64,000 bases of DNA, from the NCBI GenBank assembly GCA_951406725.2, contig OX597828.1, positions 13,888,001 to 13,952,000 on the forward strand, written 5' to 3'. Source of the stretch: Octopus vulgaris. Lineage: Eukaryota. The translations under genes and the position numbers were made by a program. How positions within the stretch are numbered: the first letter of the stretch is position 1; each line of letters opens with the position of its first letter. The notes beneath the pieces are model-generated. The model did no database searches. It was given only the letters and a program-made list of their open reading frames with translations, and was not told where the DNA came from. Positions 54,511 to 64,000 of this stretch are shown piece after piece.

Positions 54511-55611
54511 TTATGAGTAATAATCCTGTCCGTCAAAGTCGATTTCGTTTTGCTCTTCTGACTTACTTATTTGTTGTAACCACTGCTTTATGCGGCCCTC
54601 TTGCAAAGCTTTGCTCCCGACACGGGACCTTACAAGGGGCGACCTGCAACCTGTATCGTAGACTTCCTCGAAAGATCGTCTTGGTTGTGGGGGGATGGGT
54701 AGTGTAGTTTCATCAATCCTGCAGCTGGGCGGAAGGGGTAACGTTCTGTGTGGCGAATTCGACGCGTCTGTAACGTCCACCTTCTCTGAGTCCGTAACTT
54801 CTCCTTCCATGCTACGTTCCATTTCGGCTTCCGGAAGGCTGTCCGGTTGACCGTCCTTCAGATTAGACCAAGAACGGGAGTTTCTCCTCATGCATGTCGG
54901 TAGCTCCTGTGAATGTTCGGGGTTGGATAGGTGTCGACGTAACATATTCGAGCGCTGAGTCATGAGCCCACCTAATTCGCCGAGCCTTTCCATATACGAT
55001 GTCGTATCGGACGAGTCGTTTGATATCAGTCCGATACTTCTGGCGGTACAGTCACTGTTTAAGGAGATAGCACTTCCTACGCGGCTTCCTTCCCTGAGGT
55101 AGTTCGAAGTGCCGAAAGTAGATAACCAGCAGTAGCCTGTGTCGTTTGGGGATTCGCGTAGATTCAAGTCTAGGTTCATTGAACGCCGGCTCATACGAGG
55201 CGAGCAGTAGAGTCGTAGTGCGTGGTCGGAATCGTCCCGGGAGCCAGTACGTTCCATTCTATCATCATAAGGATCATCAGAGCTATCCGTTTCGACAGAG
55301 AGATTCGGTAGGCTCACAGCCGGGATGCCCAGATCTGTCGGTGACTTGGAGTTACCGATCGACGTAGCGTCGTCGTTACGGTCGACAATGTTCAGCATAA
55401 TCCTCGGAACGGTAGCCGCCCGTTCCGACATCGGGTTGCGCTGTACTTTCAGTTGGGCTCTCGGGGGTTCGTCAACACCGACATCCGAGCCCAGGATAGG
55501 CACACTGACATTGTTTTTAGTAATAATTGGGTCAGCAGACTTTCTTTCTTGACGAGACATAGTGGGAGTCGATGACGGTGACAGAGTTGGCTGTGTCTGC
55601 TGCGACGCCAT
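54511..55611 (-). CDS. Uncharacterised 366-aa Ser/Arg/Asp-rich, probably disordered protein (single coding exon as seen)
   Basis: 1101-nt non-repetitive open frame with GC far above the flanks; ATG in good context (GCTATGG); no TE motifs recognised. Confidence 0.85.
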   Translation of the reverse strand: MASQQTQPTLSPSSTPTMSRQERKSADPIITKNNVSVPILGSDVGVDEPPRAQLKVQRNPMSERAATVPRIMLNIVDRNDDATSIGNSKSPTDLGIPAVSLPNLSVETDSSDDPYDDRMERTGSRDDSDHALRLYCSPRMSRRSMNLDLNLRESPNDTGYCWLSTFGTSNYLREGSRVGSAISLNSDCTARSIGLISNDSSDTTSYMERLGELGGLMTQRSNMLRRHLSNPEHSQELPTCMRRNSRSWSNLKDGQPDSLPEAEMERSMEGEVTDSEKVDVTDASNSPHRTLPLPPSCRIDETTLPIPPQPRRSFEEVYDTGCRSPLVRSRVGSKALQEGRIKQWLQQISKSEEQNEIDFDGQDYYS

Positions 55612-55959
55612 AGCGAATTTTAAAAAACCCAAACAACAGTTGCAAGACGTACAGCACTTGCTGTACCAGCAGCAACTGCAGTAGATGATACAGTAGCACA
55701 GTCGCTGTAACCGCCGCCGCCGCCGTCACAACCACCACTACACCTTCGCCAGTAACAACAACAGCAGCAGTAGTAGTAGCTATAACAACAGCAACAATAA
55801 GAAGAACAACACTAACAATAAATACGCTTATCAGAAAAAGGTATTATTTTTATTTCGCTACCACCTCCGTCTCATTCTGTCAAAATATTTTCTGCTGTGT
55901 GTTTTAGTTTTCCTCTGCCATTTTCATGTCATTATATCAGCGTAGAGAGAGAGAGTGAG

Positions 55960-55980
55960 AGAGAAAGAGAGAGAGTGATG

Positions 55981-56029
<49 letters not shown>

Positions 56030-56351
56030 TGAGATAGAGACGGGGGTGGAAGAAGATGAGGGGGAGGAGGAAGAGGAGGGGAGGAGAAGGAGGGGGCAAG
56101 GGAATAAACCCGATTGCTTTGAACATGGCGACGGCGGCAACGACACCGACGAAAGCAGCGGCTGCAGAGAAGATGGTTGTTGTTGTTGTTGCTGTTGTTG
56201 TTGGTGGTGGTGGTGGTGGTGGTGGTGGTGGCGGCGGTGGTGGTGGTGGTGGTGGGGAGGGTGGGGAGGATGATGATTATGATGGTTACGACGATGCTGA
56301 TGATGACAACAGTTGTCGACGACGATCATCACGCTGACGATGATGATAACA

Positions 56352-56410
<59 letters not shown>

Positions 56411-57000
56411 GGCAATGATAGTAAGACAACAGGAGAATAAGAAAAACTACGGAAGACAGCAATATTTTCGCCACTAACGTTGTTGTTATTGTTGTTGTTG
56501 TAGTTGTTGTTGTTGTTACAGCTGTCAGTGGGTGGATTGTTGATGTTGATGTTGTTGTTGTCGTAATGATAATGGTGGTGGTGTTGTTGGTGTTGGTGAA
56601 GACGGCGGCCACAGCAATAGTAAATAAATATTGTTTGTTGGTGGTTGTTGGCGATGGTATAGTGACTGTGATAGTAAACGTAATGACAGTGGTGGTGGTG
56701 GTGGCGGCGGCGGTGGTGGCGGTGGTTGTGGTGGTGGTGTGGTTGTCGTGATGGTGGTGGTGGTGGCGGCGGCGGCGGCGGTGGTGGTGGGGTGGTATGG
56801 CGGTGGTGGTGGTGGAGGTGGCGGCGACGGTGATGGTGGTGAAAGGTGGCGGAGGTGATGGCCATGATGACGAGTGGTGGTAACTGATAGCAAACGTTGT
56901 GATGGTGGTGAAGGCGGTGATGTTTAGGTGGTGGTGGTGAAGGCGGCGATGGTTTAGGTGGTGGTGTTAGTGTTAGTGGTAGTGGTGCGTTGTTGGTAGT
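55960..57000. repeat. (GA)n, (GGT)n, (GAT)n and (GTT)n low-complexity tract upstream of the CDS
   Basis: Read directly from the sequence; possibly part of the 5' leader. Confidence 0.85.
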
Positions 57001-57193
57001 AATTAGTAAAAAGTTAGTAGTGGTTTGAGTGCTATGTTATCCTGGTGGAATGAAGCATTTCTCTGTATACCGTATTATTATGAGTGTGTGTGCGTGTGTG
57101 TGTGTGTGTGTGCATGCGCGCACCTGTGGATGTGTATGTGTGTGTGTTTGTGTGGGTACACGTGTGTCGCACACACACACACACACATGAAGG

Positions 57194-57433
<240 letters not shown>

Positions 57434-57559
57434 CCGTCATGTAAGGAGATATCCCGGACGCGAAAATAAACGATATGTTATGGATGTATTTAATATATTT
57501 GACATATATACGGGTATGTGTATACGTATGTAGTTGTTTCCGTGTGCGCCTGTGTGTAT

Positions 57560-57712
<153 letters not shown>

Positions 57713-58242
57713 GAATATATGTATGTTTATATGTCTACATATACATTATATATATATATGTACATGTTATATACACATGCATGTATTTATATATGTGTGC
57801 GTGCGTGTGAGTATATACATATGTATATAAAATAATGTTATTTAAAATCATTTGATATTCCTCTCCATGTCCTTCCGTTCTAACAGCGAATCTTCACTAG
57901 TCAACTGGCGTAATTTTCACTCTGAAATACCAACGTTCTAAAACCCACATAAAGCGAAATGACGACGTTAACATTTCATGCTTGGATTTGTATATGCAAC
58001 CTTACATACATATAAGGATGTATTCATACATGTATAATCTCACAGACGGATCAGAGATCCGTTTCAGATAAGAACAACTATTGGCAATGAAAAACAACTT
58101 AACCTCTGTATTTGAAAACTTAATTTATGTAATTACATGATGTGGAGAACATTACATTGGACAAACGGGAGGATCCTTAAGAAAATGCATGACTTAGCAT
58201 AGATCGGAAATAAAAAACGGAAGCGCAGGCAAATAGATATAG

Positions 58243-58623
58243 GAGCACTCCGTCGGTTACGACGATGAGGGTCCCAGCTGATACAATCAACGGAACAGCT
58301 TGCTCGTGGAATTAACGTGCAAGTGGCTGAGCACTCCACAGACACGTGTACCCTTAACGTAGTTCTCGAGGAGATTCAGCGGGACACAGAGTGTGACAAG
58401 GCTGGCCCTTTGAAATACAGGTACAACAGAAACAGGAAGAAAGAGTGAGAGAAAGCTGTGGTGAAAGAGTACAGCAGGGTTCACCACCACCCCCTGCAGG
58501 AGCCTCGTGAAGTTTTAGGTGTTTTCGCTCAATAAACACTCACAATGCCCAGTCTGGGAATCGAAACCGCGATCCTACGACCGCGAGTCCGCTGCCCTAA
58601 CCACTGGGCCATTGCGCCTCCAC
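58243..58623 (-). mobile_element. SINE family D (tail type 2), full length
   Basis: Head TGGCCCAGTGGTTAGGGCAGCGGACTCGCGG and body as in the 12267 copy, but a different 3' part ending CGTAACCGACGGAG. Confidence 0.88.
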
Positions 58624-59203
58624 TGCAGGCAAATAGAACTCAGTCAACATATAGAGACGTGTGCAGGTAAAAAATAACCAAACTTTACAATTATCCCTTT
58701 ATATCAATTTAGTGATTAAACAACTCAACAACAACGCAACATGAAACAAACAACATTCATAACTAAATACGAACTACAGCCAACCCTACACCAGCCGTTG
58801 CTGAAGTTGCCATTACAACTACTTGTTAAAGTGACAAAGAAGCTACTACAGCCACTAGCATTCCTGCTGCTGCTGTTGCAACAGCTACTCATGCTTCTTC
58901 TGCTACTGACAGTTAACGGTACTGTTGCTGCTATCACTACGACCCATCAACTACAAAAAAATTAAGGAAACAACAGCGTCATATAATTTTTGTAAGAAAA
59001 CATGTGAACATCCAGAATTGATATCATGAAGGATTAATCTAATTTATTTAAATTTATTTTTCCTTTTACATCAACATGATTAAATCGTCTTTTGAAAGCG
59101 ATTGAAACCGGTAGCTTATTTTATAAAAATGCAAATACATTTTTATACTTTTATTCATGACAAACTACTTAAAGCGTTAAAGTATTTTCTTGTTTTTGTT
59201 TTT

Positions 59204-59265
<62 letters not shown>

Positions 59266-59270
<5 letters not shown>

Positions 59271-59427
59271 ATCAAAACAGCTTGATTCAAATTCTCTGCT
59301 ACTTAAAGTTTCAAAGTTCGCGGATCTTTTCGCTAAACGGTGATAATTTCCACTGTTCAAGGATAAGCTCTACGAGCTTTGAAATTTTAAGTAGCACAGA
59401 ATTTGAATCAAGATGTTTTGATCCATA
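59266..59427. mobile_element. Fold-back MITE (~160-bp palindrome)
   Basis: TATGGATCAAAACAGCTTGATTCAAATTCT.. / ..AGAATTTGAATCAAGATGTTTTGATCCATA. Confidence 0.8.
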
Positions 59428-59459
59428 CATGTCACTACCAATAAATGTGTTTGTCTACT

Positions 59460-59820
<361 letters not shown>

Positions 59821-59828
59821 TACAAAGA

Positions 59829-59860
<32 letters not shown>

Positions 59861-60578
59861 CTGTGCCTGCAAGTATGTATGATTGTGTGGTATGTGTGCA
59901 TGTATGCGTGTATGAACGTTGTAGGTATGACTTTAACCTGAATCTAGGGGTGGAATCCTGGTATGAGGTTTCTAGGGTTTTGAGGAGCATGGGACCACCT
60001 CTTAGCCAATATTGTCCCCAGGCCTACTCTGGCCTGGAATAGTAGTAAACTTTAGGATCCCAGCTATGGGTTAACTAGCATGTAAAACACCAGGGATCAA
60101 GGACCCTTAGTTCTTGTTAGAACTTCCTTCTAAGAGAAGATATATTCGTATAAAAGCACGAAGTCAGTTGGTGTCTGGTCATCTCAACCTCTGTTGTGCC
60201 ACTGGCTTTAAATGTGTCCATTGCAGTGCAACGCTTTATCCACCCAAAGCAATTACACTGAAGGGAGCTTCTTGGACTCTTGAATCGTTTGCACGGACTT
60301 ACTGTCTTGAAGAAGTCGTCTTACTCGGTGACGAGTAGACTTCCACCATGTATGTACGCATTTATGTGTGTGGAGGGGTTGCAGGTTTTGCACCTGTAAG
60401 CAAGACTGGAGTGTGGCACGAGAGCAGAAATCAAGGGAAACAGATAGACAACTAGATAGATAGATTTCTTTATTTAGCCATGCAGGGCCGAACACAGTGG
60501 GGACAATACAATGTAGAATTTTACTTTTCGAAACCGATTAATATGGATCGAAAAACGTTTAGATAGATAGACAGATAG

Positions 60579-60637
<59 letters not shown>

Positions 60638-60989
60638 GGAAGACACAGACAGAGACAGACAGACAAACAGAAAGAGACCCGGTGAGAGAGAGAGACCCCA
60701 GGGACAGAGACTGACCTCCAGGGAGAGACAGAGAGAGATTGGGGAAATAGAGAAGGAAATTGAGAGAAAGTGAAATTGAAAGAAACAGATTTAAGATGCA
60801 TAATTATTTCTGATTGAGACACAAGGCCAATACGTTCAGTATTTGACTGGTACTTTATTTTATCGACCTCAGAAAAGATGAAAGACAAAGCTGACCGCGT
60901 TGAAATTCGAACTCAGATCGCAAAGGGCGTCGCATAGCATTTTGTCCGGACGTTCTTGCGTTTCCACTAATTTACCGCCTTTAACTTAA

Positions 60990-61225
60990 CTAACTGGCTC
61001 TCCGTCGGTTACGACGATGACAAAGGTTCCATTTGATCCGATCAACAGAACAGCCTGCTCGTGAAATTGCCCTGAAGAAATACACGTACTACCCATTTTG
61101 CCAGATGAGTGGACTGGAGCAACGTGAAATAAAGTATTTTGCTGAAGAACATAACACACTGCCGCGGGAATCGAACGCACGACTTTACGATCGTGAACCG
61201 AATACGTTAACCACTTAGCTCCGCG
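60990..61225 (-). mobile_element. SINE family C (tail type 2)
   Basis: C body (GACTGGAGCAACGTGAA) with the tail of the 58243 element. Confidence 0.75.
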
Positions 61226-61644
61226 GCGAGCGAGCGGCAGAACCGTTAGCACGCTAGGCGAGACGCGTAGCCGTATTTCGTCTGCCGTTACGTTCTGAGT
61301 TCAAATTCCGCCGAGGTCGACTTTGCCTTTCATCTTTTCGGGGTCGATTAAATAAGTACCAGTTACGCACTGAGGTCGATATAATCGACTTAATCCGTTT
61401 GTCTGTCCTTGTTTGTCCTCTCTGTGTTTAGCCCTTTGTGGGTAGTAAAGAAATAGGTATTTCGGCTGCCGTTACGTTCTGAGTTCAAATTTCGCCGAGG
61501 TCGACTTTGCCTTTCATCCCTTCGGATTCGATTAAATAAGTACCAATTAGGCACTGGGATCGATGTAATCGACTTAATTGCTTTATCTGTCCTTGTATGT
61601 CCCCTCTATGTTTAGCCTCCTGTGGGCAATAAAGAAATAAATGA
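61226..61644 (+). mobile_element. SINE-B dimer inserted in a SINE-C head
   Basis: Junction AAAGAAATA|GGTATTTC; TSD ACTTAGCYCCGCG (61213-61225 / 61645-61657). Confidence 0.88.
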
Positions 61645-61964
61645 ACTTAGCCCCGCGCCCTTAACATATGCAACTGAAGAAAGTAGAAGTTATTATTTAA
61701 CTGCCCCTGGATCTACGTGCGAGAGATACACGCGTAGGTGTTTAAATTACCTGTATATACGTGCACACCTTGACAACAGTGGTAGCTACTAGACACAGGC
61801 AAGAAGTGGGTGTAAGGCTAACTGTTTACTGTTTTGTCTTAGGGGTACTGCACTATATTACCATGTACGGAGCGTGGGTGGCTGAGGAGCATCGACAACA
61901 ATAACAATAAGCGTGATACATTGCTGAGAATAACGTGCTACTTGCTGCTGCTGCTGTTGTTGTT

Positions 61965-62162
61965 GTTGTTGTTTAGCCCCAGGTCGAGCCTGATGCAGGA
62001 CATACACGATAAAAGGCGTTCCAGCAGTGGCTATTTCATATTTTCTTTACTTATTTTTCTTTTAAGTATTTCTATGTTAGATTATCCACTATAACAATGT
62101 GCTGTCGAGGAAGATTTGGTTGTTGTTTCTAGTAAATGTAGCGACTACGTAGAGGTTTCCTT
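61965..62162. repeat. Old interspersed repeat family E
   Basis: GTTGTTTAGCCCCAGGTC..GAGATTTGG..TTTCTAG motifs recur at ~9935, 27240, 27660, 27960, 62480 and 63660. Confidence 0.6.
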
Positions 62163-62188
62163 GTTGGCACATTGTTGCTGTTATTGTT

Positions 62189-62227
<39 letters not shown>

Positions 62228-62708
62228 ATTGTCGCTATCGTCGTGATTACCCTTGTTCTTAATATTGTTGTCGTGATCACTCTTTACACTGTTTAAATGT
62301 TGTTATCGTTATTTTCAGGATCACTGATGCTGTTGTTGTTGTTGTTGTTGATGTTATTGTTATTGTCGTTGTTGTTGTCATGTTGCTGCTGCTGTTGCTG
62401 CTGCTGATGCCACTGTTGTTTCCGCTGCTGTTGCTCCTACTACGGAGCTCAACGCCATCACTCTTTATTGATATTATTTGTTTACCAACCTTGAATAAAC
62501 CTATAATCAAAGCATCCTAACCGTGACCACCCCGTCTTTTTAAGTTTCCATCTAAGACTAAATTATCGAAATATGTCCTTCCTTTCTGTAAAACGACAGT
62601 GGTTTTGACTGAAGCGAGAGATTTTGCAGCTATTTCTAGCAAATCTAGAAACCACATAGCTGCTAAATCTCTCTTTGAATGTTCTTTTCATTGATGTTGA
62701 TTTTTGCG

Positions 62709-62795
<87 letters not shown>

Positions 62796-63420
62796 TTCGT
62801 AGTACTTGTAGTACAGTCTCGAGTGTGACTGACAATATCCGCCATAATCATTTGACACATTATTTACACAGCGTTCATGCTGTCGTCTGCTTTTAGTGAA
62901 AAAAAAAAAAAAAAAGAAATGCCTGTTGATACCTAATAAGAGTAGCTATAACAAACAGCTCCACAAGTGAACCGCGATAGCAGCGTATGATGTTGGTTCA
63001 TATATCGTATGGCATTGGCTGAAATATCGTATCAGTTGTGGTTGTATTTTGATTTCGTTCTTGTACGACGTGGGATATAATTATTTGGATGAGGGTACGT
63101 CGTAAAGTGTTGTACGACGTACCCTCTATAACGAAAGGTGTGGTGCTATGTCGTATGGGTCGTGGTATATACTTATGTGCATGATATACTGTATATACCG
63201 TATCATGATGTAGGTGGATATCGTATAGCACCGTGGTATATTGGGATGTGCGATATGCATAATATAGTGAGGGTGTGTATGTAGTGTGTTGTGTGATATC
63301 AATGAAAAGCAAACGAGAATAATATCTCTATGGATCCTGGTATGTTATATGTGCGTGTGTTATTGTGACTAGCGAGATAACATGAGGGGTAATATGTCTA
63401 TGAGTTGAGGTGTATTGTGG

Positions 63421-63451
<31 letters not shown>

Positions 63452-64000
63452 TGTATGTATGTATGTATGTATGTATGTATGTATGTATGTATGTATGTAT
63501 GCATGTGCGATAGAGTGGCGTGGGCTGTGGTACTGCGGTAACGAAAACAAGGATTGTTGATTTATCATATAAACCATGATGTATTATCGCATACGTGTAA
63601 TATAACGATGTGTAGTAAGGCGTTGTTGTGTATCGTAAGGTAATAACATGCAGTGTTGTGTTGCTATGGCCCGGTTCAGTCCTGACCCTGATTACATAGG
63701 CTTATAGATCAGACGACATTCTAAAATGTGTATTTCCATCCTTTAAGACAGTGCGGTGTGGTTTCAATGAATTTAGCTACAATTTTCATCTAATTAAAAA
63801 AAAATTTTATTATGATTTGTTAGGTCCAAGCGATTACATAGAGACACCCACGTCGAGTCGTATCTGTGGGTGGCTATTGCGTTGGAGTGTTTATATTGAT
63901 GGTCGAAAACGGCAGAAGTTTGTGGTATAAGGTGAAATTTGGTGATATAGTGGCTGATAGCTTTAATTTTATTGCCATTTAATCTCATCAGATAGACCAG

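Noticed and set aside
55612-55632. TTG start giving the 373-aa ORF
   Set aside because: A non-ATG start is unlikely in a eukaryote; the ATG at 55611 has good Kozak context
59905-60440. Complex block, possibly a LINE 5'UTR
   Set aside because: No ORF, TSD or in-window homologue to support a call
62960-63650. GTAT/CGTA-rich stretch with a 104-aa ORF
   Set aside because: Looks like a decayed short-period repeat; not coding-like

Overview
This is eukaryotic, AT-rich DNA saturated with microsatellites ((TA)n, (TATG)n, (CA)n, (GATA)n, (TAA)n, (CTA)n). The repeat style and tRNA-derived SINEs point to a coleoid cephalopod, probably Octopus (inference). Almost all ORFs in the supplied track are microsatellite translations. 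I see one credible host gene: an uninterrupted 366-aa, Ser-rich, probably disordered ORF on the minus strand (54511-55611), lying in a ~10 kb zone free of recognisable interspersed repeats. The rest is nested mobile DNA: a Tx1/L1-like ORF1, three R4/Dong-like RLE LINE fragments, RTE, CR1-group and Penelope fragments, a full-length mariner, a maT-like element, a Tc1 fragment, a non-autonomous Helitron, several MITEs, and at least four SINE families (labelled A, B/B', C, D here). The most notable signals are: (1) SINE-B multimers with a fixed junction, variable copy number and one TSD around the whole array; (2) minimal hammerhead-ribozyme motifs; (3) retroelements that appear to target microsatellites; (4) SINE tails that match LINE tails; (5) templated insertions and duplications; (6) the motif-dense orphan protein. 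Repeat boundaries were read by eye and are approximate unless a TSD or TIR fixes them.
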